The notes beneath the pieces are model-generated. The model did no database searches, was not told where the DNA came from, and saw only the letters and a program-made list of their open reading frames with translations. Position numbers and translations under genes: made by a program. Positions 11,674 through 24,488 of a DNA stretch of 64,000 bases are shown in pieces (the stretch's first letter is position 1; every line of letters starts with the position of its first letter). Source of the DNA: Cirrosporium novae-zelandiae (taxonomy: Eukaryota). The DNA lies in contig JAPETS010000022.1 in assembly GCA_026023565.1 (NCBI GenBank), positions 1 through 64,000 on the forward strand, in the 5' to 3' direction.

Positions 11674-12467
11674 TTAAGACTCCCTTTTTTTCTGGTCCCA
11701 TCCAAACAATACCCATAATCTTTCCGGGCTTCTTACTTTCTCGACCAGACCATATTGATGGAGAAAAAATTCGATATCACAAGAATTCCTATCAAATGCC
11801 ATCCTAGCCTTGTCTTGTCCCCACAAGTCCCATCTATCTGCATTCCTCATTTCAGGTGTCGATTCACCAAAATCAATTGCTTTCACAGTATTACTGGCTC
11901 GGTTGAAAATAAGATTATCAGATTTGATATCAGCATGAATAACACCATATTTAGATATTGCTGCACCGGTTTTATGGATCTCGTTAGAAACCACTATCTT
12001 CTCGGAAGGTGAAAGGGTATCCAAATTGTCGTGGTGTAGATTCATGCCCTCTTCAAACCCCAACACAATGCAAAGGTTCCCATGAAACCAAGCTTTGCCG
12101 TAACACCGGGGTATATAATAATTTTGTATATCCACCAATGTTTGATAGATATTAAATTCATCTTGGAGGTGTTGAACCGCTTCATCACCATATCTTCCAT
12201 CAGAGAATTTTAGGATCAATTGTTGCCTCTTTTTCTGAATAGGGGATAAGTGTGGGTCTGAAGCTGCAAGCCATACAGCTCTCTCAGAGTTGGCTGACAA
12301 ATTTTTGACGAGCCGAATAGGAATGCGTGCTGGGCTTGATATAAAATTCAGGAAATCATTACAACCTTCCAATGAGTTAGTCAAATCACTCATTTTTAGT
12401 ATTAGGTCTTACCAGATCCAACATTCAGATAATCATCACTTTCCAAACAGGGTAAATCTAGTTCCAT
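11674..12467 (-). CDS. Small protein-kinase-like (PKL) fold protein; exons 12467-12413 and 12365-11674
   Basis: LILK (beta3 Lys), LQDE (alphaC Glu), catalytic loop IHADIKSDN and AIDFG. A 47-nt intron (GTAAGA...GACTAAC...AAG) joins MELDLPCLESDDYLNVGS in frame to GCNDF. Confidence 0.75.
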
Positions 12468-12934
12468 GGAACAGATGCAAGAAGCTCAAAGGCTCCGGAC
12501 TGTGTGATAAAACTGTGTTGTGGTCATATGGAGCTGAGAGAGCATTATTTGACCGTAACACAACATCAAAGCTAAGGTTCTTGGCGGTTCTCTAGACTCG
12601 AACAGAAAGTTTGCCTTTCTTGTGTACCTTTACATCCTGGCGAGTTTGCCAGTGCGTGTGTACCTCCCTCCTAGGGCGAAATAGGGTTGCTTTTTTTAAG
12701 GCCAATCATTCATTCATTTGTAAAGAAAAAATGTGCGTAAGACAGATCTCTATAATATGATTTTTTTTCTCCCTACCTAGCATTTGTTCGGATTTTATAT
12801 TTCCCCTCTCATCTATCCCAAACACCAAACGAATCATATATTCATTTATTTCATCCCTAACAGAGTACCGTGCATGCATACATTAGACTATATGTATATA
12901 AGAAAATTCTCCACCGACTCACACGTAGCCTAAC

Positions 12935-14582
12935 CTAACTCATCCCCATCATCTTAGCATCAACCCTCCGCCTCAACTCCTCTGTCTCCCTCTCCTTCTC
13001 CTCCTCCTCTGCAGCCCCGACTCTCACATCCTCAATCACGATCCCAAGAAGCCACACGTTACTAATAAAGAACGCGAGACTCGAGATCCACAGGCCGGGG
13101 ATGAAGGAGCTGCGACCTAGGAATTCAAGCCTGTAGCCTTGATGTAGCCAGGCGGCTTGTGTGAGGAGCCAGGAGAGAGTAGCTAGGAGGAGGGGGATGT
13201 GGGTTTTAGTTATGGGGAGTTTTGAGAAAGGGATTTTGGAGTTGGGTTTGGACTTGAGTTCGGAATCTGGGGAGGTGGGAACAGGTTGTGTGGTGCCGGT
13301 TAAACCGCTTAGGACGGTAGAGGGCTTGAGGGATATGGTGGCCGGGTGGCGGTGAATGGTTGGGGAGTGGGCGAGCCAGAAGGGCAGGAGAATTAGGTAC
13401 CAGAGAAAATACTTTTAGTGAGTTAATAAGCTTGTATTTTCATGGAGGGGATTAAATTGGGTTGAAATAGAGCAAACATACCTGGCTTGTGCATACTTTG
13501 TTCCATGCGACAAATGCCCATGTCTGCACTAGCATTGCCCCTGGAAGGTCCTTTTTTGCTAGCACTAGCGGAACAGCGATTGCGCTTAGGAATAGTTGCG
13601 GCAGAAATGCCAGTGATTCGAGATGCAGGAATGTCGAGCTGGATGTAGGGGAGTACGAGAGGTAGAGGAGGACGTTATAAGGGGAAAAGTTATGCCGGTG
13701 GTCCAGGCGCGTGAGATGGTGGAGATAGGTATGCTTCAAGAAGGGCCCACCATACATTTTATACATGATGATGTTGAGGAGAGCGAACGTGAAAAGGGAA
13801 ATGAAGAGGAAGCTTATACGGGCGGTATTCGCGGTGGCCAATATTTTGGATTTTGGTTTCGACTTTGCTGCTTTAGAGGCTTTCGCTTTCACAGGATTGA
13901 TATGGCCATCATCTAACCAGAAGAGGATGCTCATTCCATAAATGAACGGATAAATCTTGAAATGCACACCCAACCCCAGTAGCATCCCCGCCAGCCAAAT
14001 CCGTCGTTGTAGAACTGCCCACAGTAGTGCCATAACCATCACGCCTAATAGACCTTCCGAGCTTCCCCTAGTACTTATTGTCGCAACCATTGGGTTCAGT
14101 AGCCAGATGCTAGCATACTTCAACGCCCTCTCTTGATTCATGTGATAGGAGCCCATCAGGACACACATAATGAGATACCCCGCAACAATATCCGCCGCAG
14201 CGAACAATATCTTCCCATATGAAAACCAAAACATACCCCCCCAAGTCGTAGGCAGAAGCCACCAGGCAAGCAGAGGAGTGTAACGATACGTTGCTCTATC
14301 GTAGGGCGATCGCCCAACTGAAACATATCCAGCGGCAGAGGTGAAGACAAGATAATCAATATCGGTGTATTTGAGAGGCGAGAAGGCGTCCTGGAGAAGG
14401 CCATAGATGAGAAAGATAAGACGTAGGAGAATGGAGAGACCGAATACGAGTGAGGCGGAGGTGAAAGGAGAGAGCCAAGCAGGCCGGGGGTGAAGTTGTT
14501 TGGCGGTTACGGATTTTAGGAAGTCGATATCATTGTTTGAGAGAACATCAGGTTTGCCCTCCTCGGGGGAAGATTGAGACAT
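12935..14582 (-). CDS. GPI14: GPI mannosyltransferase I (PIG-M)
   Basis: KYTDIDYLVF, SPYDRATYRYTPLLAW, ISTRGSSE, HFKIYP, RLDHRHNFSPY and NKVCTSQ|YFLWY across one intron. Exon 2 is open to TAG at 12935. Confidence 0.95.
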
Positions 14583-14688
14583 GATGAAAGGTCAATTGGA
14601 ACTGGGATGAAATAGTTAAAAAGACCGGCTCTTAATCCAAATTGGAAAAAGTCCAGTGGGTGGTTTCGATGATGATAATAGGGCTGGA

Positions 14689-14716
14689 TTAAGCTTAAGT
14701 AGCTCCCGGAGCTACT
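14689..14716. promoter_or_regulatory. Palindromes in the short divergent GPI14/TRAX promoter
   Basis: TTAAGCTTAA next to AGTAGCTCC-C-GGAGCTACT (perfect 9-bp arms), near the middle of a 274-bp intergenic region. Confidence 0.35.
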
Positions 14717-14856
14717 GTAAGTTTATAGTTTAGCAAAGATAAGCAAGCAAGTGACTTCATCCCATTACACCCATCAAACAAAAGAAAGCTTCATGTACAT
14801 TGCATGAAGTAGAAGAAATATCCATTTCATACATATTTCCGCCAATTATACTAGCC

Positions 14857-15806
14857 ATGGCAGGAATCAAGCGCAATCATGAGGGCACTGCCATTCAAAC
14901 CCAACGTCAATCACCTTACATTGGCATGTTTGAACATTTCCGCGACGAACTGGATGAGCATCATGAGCGACGAGACAGGATTGGTAAGGTCTCTAGGGAT
15001 ATTACCGCAAACAGTAAGAAAATGTGAGAGGGACTTACCTGTTTATGCTGCGTGATGTTTGGACAATTAAAGACTTATTGAAAAATAGCATATTTTCTCT
15101 CCAACGGTACCCACCTCCATCCATTATACCCTCGTCCATCAACCAACTCCCATAGCTAACGCCGTCCCCCACCAGCATACGCAAAGTTAACTCCTCCATC
15201 CCCCCACACATCTCTAAGGAAGTAACTCTCCGCGAAACAACAATCAAAGACCTCTTCACCTCCATCCAGTCTGACCTCCAAGGCCTCAACGCCCACCGCT
15301 ACCAACGCCAAATCTCTTCAGGCCTCCAGGAATATATGGAATTCCTCTCCTTCAAGCACTATCTCGAAACCCAAACCCTAATCAACCTCTCGGATGCCCA
15401 GAAGCAGATTCAAGACGGGATTCTGCTAACCCCAGAAGATTATGTCCTAGGCATATACGATCTGACAGGCGAGATGATGAGGTTTTCCATCACTGCGATT
15501 GCGACGAATGGGGTTTTGCCTTCAGCTTCGCTGTCGAGCTCTGGCTCTGAGAAGAATCCTGCCGCGGCAAGAGACGTCCTCAAGGACCTCCGTGAACTCG
15601 AGGCCTGTCTTGAGGGACTCTATGTCACGAATTGGTCCGCCCGAGAAATGAACAAGAAAATGACGGTTACCCAGGAATCTGTGCGCAAGGTTGAGCAGGG
15701 GGCGTATGGGTTGATGGTTAGGGGGAATGAGAGACCGAAGGGATGGGTTCCGGATTTGACGATTGATTCGGGGCCGAGAGATGTGGAGATGGTAGAGAGT
15801 TATTGA
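14857..15806 (+). CDS. TSNAX: Translin-associated factor X (TRAX)-family protein; two introns and an 18-nt exon (15089-15106)
   Basis: FRDELDEHHERRDRIGKVSRDITANSKKIIFSLQR, SSGLQEYMEFLSF and EDYVLGIYDLTGEMMR. Confidence 0.9.
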
Positions 15807-16474
15807 TATCTTAAAGGCCAAGAGGTGAGTACGCAATGTCGAATGTCAAAAACAACGGAAAGGTAAAGGAAAAGTGCTTATTTCTGTTGACTGGGTGCTT
15901 GATATTATCGGAAAAATATGTATATAAATGGCTAGGCATGTCTTCTATAAAGATTTCATGTATACATTCATACATTTTAAAACAATAAAAATATCTTTTC
16001 AAACAGCCCTCTGCCATTTTGAAGTCCCAGCCCAAAGAGTCGGGAAATATATACCATTTTTATAGCCATCCTTAGGACACAAAATATAACAAACTTTCTC
16101 ACGGCTATTCTTGTACTGTACCAGCAATTTACCATGACTCACCACATCACCACTAACTTGGTGTGAAGAACTGAATGCAAATTCCAGGGACTAGCATTTC
16201 GTATTTATTACTGAAGATAAGCTGTTAGCACTGATGAGAAGGCTGCATAGCAGCACTATGCGAAAATCTCTATTAGTATTTTAATCACTTTCTATCTCGA
16301 CACAGTCTATCAATCTATCTATACCAAAACGCTCTGAAACAATGGTATCTTAAATAAGTCCAACATATTCGACATCTTTCCTCAGCGCCAATACTCCTTT
16401 CTCAATGCCATAAGAAACAAAATGATCTTATATCTAAATACTTCTTTTCTCCAGTGTTTTTTTTCATTTATTGA

Positions 16475-17524
16475 CTAATCCATCGCCTCCAGGCTGCCTT
16501 CCTCCTCTTCAGGCACCGTCGCTTCCCTCTCCTGCACCAATATCCCTACACAGGCCTCCCCTAGCAGTCCCTCCCAACTGACCCATGGATGGACTTCATT
16601 AAATAGCCTACCCGCATCCTTCGCTGCACCTCTCATCAGCTCTCCCCTTCCGCCTGGATGATAGTCCAGGTATGGCGTTATGTTGTACACTTTACCCCTA
16701 AATGCCGCCCAAGCCGGACGACCTTGACGCCCATTCATCTGGTGCAGTTGAAATGGGGTAATGTGTTGGAGCGTTGGAGCACGGGGGAAGTTGGGAGAGC
16801 GGATATAGGTAGCCCAATCTAAAGGTGAGTGGCCGGGTTTCAGAGGTGTCTGCTTTCTCCGGGGGGCTGGGCCATGGCTGAGAGAGGCGCGGAGGTGGGA
16901 GGCGTAAGTTGGAGGTGTGTTAGGAAGACGTCGCATAGAGGACGCCGAAGCTGGAGGCGCAAGAGAAGTGGTACCGCCTCTTGGAAGTGGGGAAAGAGAA
17001 GATGCTGAGGGACGTGGAGGCGGTGCTAATGAGGACGACGACCGCGGAGATGGTGCCGGAGAAGGTGCAGAACGACGTGAAGGAGGAGGCATCAGGTTTG
17101 GCGATTGCGAGTTTGGTTTAGAAGATATAATCGATGGTGGTAACGGAGAAAGATCAAAGGACGATGCGGCTTGAGAGGTTACTGGAAGTAAGGTGCTAGA
17201 AGAAACAGCTTTGGCCTTGGGAGTTGTTTGCGAAGACGCTGTGGAATTCGATGAGGGGGAAGGCGGCGTGTGATCGAATTGTGGTGATGGTTGTGAGGAC
17301 GGTGCCTTTTGATCATCATCTTTATCCACATCTGTTTGAGACTGAGACCGCTCATCGCCTCCGCCTCTCATTCTGCATTTCGAACCTACTTCCCTCCCAT
17401 CTTTGGGTTTTGACTCTAGCCGATTAAGTGACGTAGGACTATTGAGAAACCAAAGCAACGGTGGATAACGGTATATGAAGAACGAGAGTGAGGCAAGAAT
17501 AATGCCAAGACCAACGAGGACCAT
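16475..17524 (-). CDS. Cytochrome b5-like heme/steroid-binding protein (Irc21-like) with an N-terminal TM and a P/S-rich linker
   Basis: LKPGHSPLDW, GKVYNITPYLDYHPGG and FNEVHPWV. Confidence 0.88.
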   Translation of the reverse strand: MVLVGLGIILASLSFFIYRYPPLLWFLNSPTSLNRLESKPKDGREVGSKCRMRGGGDERSQSQTDVDKDDDQKAPSSQPSPQFDHTPPSPSSNSTASSQTTPKAKAVSSSTLLPVTSQAASSFDLSPLPPSIISSKPNSQSPNLMPPPSRRSAPSPAPSPRSSSSLAPPPRPSASSLSPLPRGGTTSLAPPASASSMRRLPNTPPTYASHLRASLSHGPAPRRKQTPLKPGHSPLDWATYIRSPNFPRAPTLQHITPFQLHQMNGRQGRPAWAAFRGKVYNITPYLDYHPGGRGELMRGAAKDAGRLFNEVHPWVSWEGLLGEACVGILVQEREATVPEEEEGSLEAMD

Positions 17525-17958
17525 TTTGATACATGTAACAACAAATCAACGAAAAATATGGAGGTCAGAAGAAAGGAGAGAGAGGAGATTCCTTGTATAT
17601 TTACTTTCGAAAGTATTATTAGTAATAAGAGTTGGGAGTTTGGACTGACTTCATTGAAGTTCTTGGATTCAGGGTATTTGTGATATACCGGGCCGAGGTC
17701 TTGAAGATTTGATTCTAACCTGGAAATTAAAGGCGGTAAGTCACCTGACGGCAGAATGCTGTCATCGTTGTCTTACTTTAATTACTTGAACTGCGCAGGA
17801 ATGTAGGGGAAAGTAATAAGCTTTTACAGTACTGCTCTAAAATACATAAAATACATACATACCTATCTACCGAGGTACTTTCTTGAACACACTTGACGAT
17901 CCTTCAATTTGATATTAAATCGCATAATTTCTATATAATCATCTCTAAACAATTCATC

Positions 17959-18445
17959 ATGATCCCTAGAGCGGTAGCGAGGTCCTTCCTATCTTCTAGA
18001 TTTATCTCGAGATCTATGCGAGCATCGCTCCCTCGCCCACTACCCCAGATAGTTACTCCCGTCTCTCATCCTGTGCTTCTCCGTCGGAGTTTTACCTCCA
18101 ACAAGTCCCCTGTCGACGAAAAGATGGAAGAACTTCAAGAACTGTTCTGTCCCTTCCCCATTGCCTGGTCTTATAACCTCTAGCTGACGGTCTTACTTCC
18201 TTCCCTTCAGCTACGCCACTGCAAGAGACGAGTTCGAAATCGCCGCCGAAGAGACCGAGAAGGTGACTGTTTATGCAGCCGAAGATCGGGTTGCAGCTAG
18301 AGAGGAGCTGGATAACTTGAAGGAAGCGTACCAGGATGCGCTGAAGGGAGAATATGGTGCTGAGGTTGAAAGGAGGGTGGGACAAAGAGTTCGGGAGCTG
18401 GAGAATGCGGTTAATAATCTCGAAGAGCTGGCTAAACAGCAGTGA
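17959..18445 (+). CDS. Small coiled-coil protein with a mitochondrial-type presequence; one intron (~18144-18210)
   Basis: R/S-rich N-terminus MIPRAVARSFLSSR. GCTGAC branch and CAG acceptor give ...ELQELYATARDEFEIAAEETEK...RVGQRVRELENAV. Confidence 0.75.
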
Positions 18446-19989
18446 GTAGACTGGTAGGAGAAAAGGGGAAAACAAAAAAATATATATATGTACTACTACT
18501 ATTAGAATTGGATACTGAACGCCTTCTAGGAATTAGGCCGTCCTGGATCAGATGTCTAAATTGGTATTGCCAACAGATGCTCAAAGGAGGACTCAGTCTC
18601 TGTGCAAACTCCATGGGCATAATACTCTAAAACGTCCAACCGTTTATGCTAACTGCGAACAAGAGGTATGAATGAGCGAGTGGACCAAAACATCGACTTC
18701 AGAGTCAACGATACTCACAGCCAATACTTTCCATCAGAGCTACAAGGAAGCCATACCATAAGATATATAACCAACCCCAAGAGACCAATCTCTCGAGGTC
18801 TTCCGTAACTCTTCCAAAAAAAAGCCACACCCAATGTTCTCCAATATCAAAAAAAGGGGTTATCAATTCCGTCAATGTTGCTATCAACATCCTCATATGG
18901 TTTATAGCTGGAGCAAAGGACAGCCCGGATCAGTACTTCGCAAATGCGAAGTTCGGCCTAGACTTGTAATTTAACCCCGACTTTATGAATGAAGCGGGCT
19001 CTATCCATCGAGCACGATATTCGAGTTCTCAACACTCGACAGGGATACCATTCCACTAGGTAACTCACTCACTCATTCTCACTCTTACTCTCACTATCAC
19101 TACTCATCATACAAGTTTGAATAGCATTAATGATAGTAATAACGAACTCTCGGTCCAGAAATAGAGACAGAAAAAGTGCACTGTAAAAAATTGAAGAAAT
19201 ATATTTTATATAACAAATGTCTTTTTTTTTATTACAAGTACCTGCTGTAGTTTATCTAGGTGCATTCATTATCTATGTATACTCGAGCAGTTAGTTATGT
19301 TACACATAATCGTACTGTACATACCTTGGGACAGTATATTCCGAAGGTCCAGCCATCTCCGGTCTGACCGAACCGAATAATTATACTACTGTGTGTACTA
19401 CAGTAATGTAAATGGTCCTTCGCATTGATACTGGAGTAAACAACCGACCATAATTGCTTATTACGCCAGCGCACGAAGACATCCCAGGGCTGGCTGGCTG
19501 AGAGTTCAAGCCTCCTTCCTCTCCCTTCATTTTTGTTTTCTTGCTTTATACTTTTTCGAAAGTACTCGCATCTAAGGTAGGTAATTTAAGTTGAATCGTG
19601 GCGTACAGAGAGTTACGGGATCTAAATCAGAACAAACTTCTTAAGCCCCACGCCTCTTTCATCGCTTGCAATCACTAGTTAATTTGCACGTACTGTGTGT
19701 GTAAGTCAATGGAAAATTCTATACAAGTAGATATTGTGAAAAATCAGTGTATTGGTATTATTAACGAAGTCTCGGGGACGATTATCCATCAACAAGTAGA
19801 AAAAAAGGGTGGTATCCGGGAATAAAAAAGATTTGTTTATCTTCGAATTAAACAATTAAAATGAATCGAATCCGTAAGCTCATTTCATTACAACCTTTTT
19901 ATTGGCCTGTGGAGAGCCCCTCGCTCTTGGATATATTCAACCCGCAATAACAAGACTTTAAAATTTGAACATGAGTTCTCTTTGTTTAC

Positions 19990-21040
19990 TTAGACAGTCT
20001 CACGAGCAGTTTTCTTACGCTTTTCCATTCCAGTCTTAGACCAAGGGAAGTGGGCCACTGGAACAATGAAAAAACTAGAAAAAGGTAAGCGGTTAGCATT
20101 GTGCGCATAAAAAATATAAAAGTAGTCATATACCTGTTCGAATCATCGGCAATACCAGCCAGAGCATTGTACCAGGCTGTAAATGCTGACAATAATCCAA
20201 AGACGCCACCGGCCTTGAGCAATTTCGTGTTTGGTGCACCATCAGAGCGTTGTAGGTATGCGATTCCAAGCATAAGGAAAGCAAGGTCAAGCGTAAAGAA
20301 TAGGAAAAAGAATGCGACCGTTGATCGAAGTGTGCACAATAGGATAACGGTGGTAAAGATAAACCAGCCCTTGATAGGGTATTAGTAACCGATCAGCGCT
20401 GATCTTCTAAGACAATACTTACCACCAAGAAGAAACCGAACGAATCATAGAAAGCCGAGATTCCTGAGGCGGACTCGATAGAGGACTCGATCTGAAATCC
20501 ACCGGGGGTTAAGATAATGGCCGTGGCAATCCAGAAACCACCGTAGGATGAAAGAGCAGTAGCACCGAACGTGTTTCCAACAGCCATTTCCCTATATAAG
20601 AAGAGACCGATCAAAATGCGATCCCATAAGCCAAGATCCAGACCAACTTACCACATGCCAGCGAGCAATTGAACCAATCCACCATATCCAAAGGCAGCTC
20701 CAACAACAATATTCGGAGCAGTAACATCACGAGTACCGCAATTGATCAAGCTCAGGACAAAAGTAGTGAGAGCGAAAGCTGACAGGCCAAGAGGTGCCGG
20801 GTTGGCAAATTTTCTCTCGGCCACAGGCCTATAGAGACCAGGTTGAAATTCACCACCGAAAGCAGGCAAACGTTCACCAGAAGTAGTCTTTGCGAGAGGG
20901 CCATATCCAAAGCGAGCTGCTGCTTTGGCTGTCTGGTGCTCTTCATGACTCATATTGTGAGTTACTGAACTATCATTCTGTGCGCCATTTGTTTCCTTGT
21001 TGTACATAGGTTGCTCTCCAGCAGTTGATGTAGTCGACAT
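19990..21040 (-). CDS. ADY2: GPR1/FUN34/YaaH (ADY2/ATO) acetate-transporter family protein, 4 exons
   Basis: AFGGEFQPG, signature NPAPLGLSAFALTT, GNTFGATALSSYGGFW and AWYNA. Confidence 0.93.
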
Positions 21041-22954
21041 TGTTATCAGTAAGAGTATATTCAATATTCAACAGGTAGTGTTTCTATGCGCCCCGAGCTT
21101 GGGGAGAGGGATGAAGTTGTGTGGGGAAAACCTGTATGGAAGGTACTGTAAAGGATAAAAAACGGTTGGATTAGAACAAAGAATAGCTAGATCTGAAACT
21201 GGGGAGGACCTGGAGAATTTATTCAAGGTATGATGCGGGGGAAGTAGATCGACGGACTTAGGGAAGACGGCGTAGACGGTCAGATAGTTGCACACACATA
21301 CGCACGCAAGGATAAACGAGATAAATTAACCAACTTGACGACTATGCGGAAGGGTGGAGCGGGTCCAGAAAGACCAAGTAATAAATCTAATGAGACAAGA
21401 CGTCCAGAACTGGTAAGCGTGTTGAGGGGGTCTCCAGAATGCCACACCCTATCCAAGATGATTTTTTGAGACAAGAAAAAGCAACTGGTGAATATTACCG
21501 GCAAACAAAGCATTCTCCCTTGGCACACCCCTAGAAATCATTAATCTCATCATTCATAGGTATTCGCTGTAAAGGAAGAGGATTTATTATTATTAATATC
21601 CTGATATCCAAGCAAGGACAAGAACTGGACAAGAATTGGGGCTTGCATTGCGGATGAGTCTGTCTAGGGAGCTAAGCAGAAATCAGGCTATGAGAATTCT
21701 CTCCCTTCACATAGACGCACACAAACGTCTATTTCCCCCGCAATTAGAAAAGGGCTAGGGTCATGGCCTGGAGGAACTAATAGAATTAACAGTCAAGCCA
21801 AAAGTGGTGACATGGCAAGTTTGTCGGTTCGCTTGCTATACCTATATGGAAAGACATAGTTCCTCCTAACCAAGGAGATGGGTAGGAAGGTAATGTATCC
21901 ATCCATCCACGGACCATGAAGTTCCATTGGATATTGAGATTATAAGGAAGAGAAGAAGAAGGGGAACTATGTAATTACGATAAACGTTGAAAGATTAACT
22001 CATAAATGCATTGTTACTAGGCTAGTTACTTAAATGGCGATTGAAAAAGGGAAGTTGGGGGGGAGTTCATAAGCCAAAACAACAATAATGTGGGGTTTAA
22101 GTTTGGACCTTCCCTTTTCAGCCCCATACATGCCCCACTTTGGTCTTTTGCTTGAATTTCCTTGGCTTTAATTGGCGCTCGGCAATTGTGGATTATATTG
22201 AAATTATGAAATTATGTTGAACTTCTGAATTTCTCATGCTTTCTGAACGAACGAACATCCTCGGCATCATCCAACCCAACTTGTTCGTCAGCCAAATCCC
22301 TTGGTTCCATCGTAAATTCCAATCCAACTGCCGATTTCTGTTACCTCGTACGGTACCTCCATGTAACGTCAAGTACCAGATACATCATCCTTCCTCGGCT
22401 TACCTCAAACCATTTTCATCATCTTGTCAAAAGCCGAAAATGGCAAACTTGATAGGAATACAAGATACAAGCCTTTGAATCAAATCATTTCTTCGGCGGA
22501 CCGGAGCGTCAACTCTCTTGGATATTCATAATCACCCGATATTGGTGAATGTACGTGTACAGTACATGTACAGAGGTACGTATATCCTCAGAAAATAAGC
22601 TGGAATCGTCCGATGATGTGCTATGGAACATTGTTCTGGCGCTTCGTGAGGTGAGCCGCTTCGTGGTATTGAGTATCCCTGGAATTATTGATTTTGTCCA
22701 ACTTCCCAGGCACCAGGTAACCATGAACCTTGCCACACCTTGCTTAGAAGCATTTATATTTATTATCTATTCTCGGGCAGTCAATTTATCTCACAAGTGT
22801 TTCAAGACCGTTTTGAAATAATAAAATATTTGAACGGGATGGATCGTCAACAATTTTCTCTATTTGCAATACCTTGATGTATGTGCTAATGCATACGGTC
22901 GGTTCGGCTCTTCCAGCCGTCTCATACCTGCTTCAGTACCTGATTCCTTAATGT

Positions 22955-24488
22955 TTATTTTCCAGTATCCTTGACCCTGACATAATCTACCCCCACTCCT
23001 TTTGTTCGCTCAACAATGCCTTCCGCCTCTGCTCTTGTCACATTGTATGGTGGAGCAAGTAAGATGTGGTCACCAACGATCCCGTCTACAGTTTTGGTGC
23101 CTAGATACAATGTGATGTTGTACTCATAACACAATCCAAGGTCCAGAATTCCAAAGGCGACATTCTTCTGCAACGCAAAAGCTTTCGCGGTTACCTTGTC
23201 TTGTACGAACTCTATCCCGTAAAACAGTCCACGATCACGGATATCACCAACATTTAGATGGGAGTCCAGAGAGCTATAAAGCAACTTGCAGAGATATGCT
23301 TCCATTTCGCGACAGTTTTGCATCAATCTTCACGAGTGATATATTGGACTTCTAAAGCTCTAACACACGCTGTCGCATGACCTTAGTAAGTATAACCACT
23401 TGTAAATATCCTAAGTTATTACTCCATATAAACGAGAGCTAGCTATTAATCTATGGATGTAAGCTTATCCTGTTCCTTTATCTAGCACGTCAGCTACGTG
23501 TTTTTTGACCAGTAAACCAGCGATTGAGCTACCATTTCCCAATCCTTTACTATAGCTTGAATGTCTAGTGCAATCCCTTCTTGTTTTTAAGCCCGTAGGG
23601 CACCTATACGACCAACCCCAGCCATGACTTCATCAAGGATCAGCAAAGCTCCATGCTTATCGCGGACAGCCTTCGCTGCTTTAAAGTGCTCTAGGACTGC
23701 TAGGACACGACCAAGAGCCTACTCGGATCAGTACAACAGCACTACCATAGCTGTAGAAACACTCACTTCGTCAACTACTGATTCAGCAATAAAAGCACAA
23801 ATAGGTTCAGGGTCGAGTCTAATAAATTCATCTTCCAGCTCTTTTGCCAGTCAGCCGACATAGTCCTTGTCGTCTTCTCTGTTTTTCTTATACCGATACG
23901 CATAGCAGGGAGAGACATGGAAGACATTATCGGGCAGCATGGGTTCGTATTTGGCTCGGCCATCTAGTGACAAGGCTACTAGTGTATTACTATGGTAAGA
24001 TCGCCTCCTTACAATGAATCGCGTCCTATTTGCCTGCTATAGGCAGAGTTCTAGGAAGAACTACCCCACAAGTTTTATCGCTGACTCCATCGCATCGGAA
24101 CCTATGCACATTTCAGTCTACAAAATCGGTTACTATTCAAAAGATACATGCCTTCAAAGTTAAAGCAACCTCCGTTGGAGCAAAGGATATTCCCAGAACC
24201 GACGATTAATACCTTGTTCATGCGACCCTGGGTAGAATCAACTTGGTACGGCATAGCGCTTCCACCACCGGGCTACCGAAGAACATGGTAGAAATATAAG
24301 TACATCGTCCCACCTATGTTTAAATAGCTCCATCCACTCTTCTCGACATGTTCCAATCTGGTTACAGCTGTACCTCCAGTAGCATCCAAGATTTGTTGGC
24401 CACTTGCAAGTGTCAAGTAGAGTCCCGATCTTGCTATCACATTCATGGGATCCTTATGGATATTTCTGTGAAGGGCTAGACTTTTCAT
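22955..24488 (-). pseudogene. Class III PLP-dependent aminotransferase pseudogene
   Basis: Colinear fragments ALHRNIH...GQQILDATGG, GSDAMESAIKL, RSYHSNTL, AFIAES, LLILDEVMAGVGRIG, VGDIRDRGLFYGIEFV and GDHILLAPPY, interrupted by many stops and frameshifts. Confidence 0.85.

Noticed and set aside
21190..22140. Several SYGGRG (CreA-type) sites upstream of ADY2
   Set aside because: Plausible for an acetate transporter, but the motif is too degenerate to support from sequence alone.
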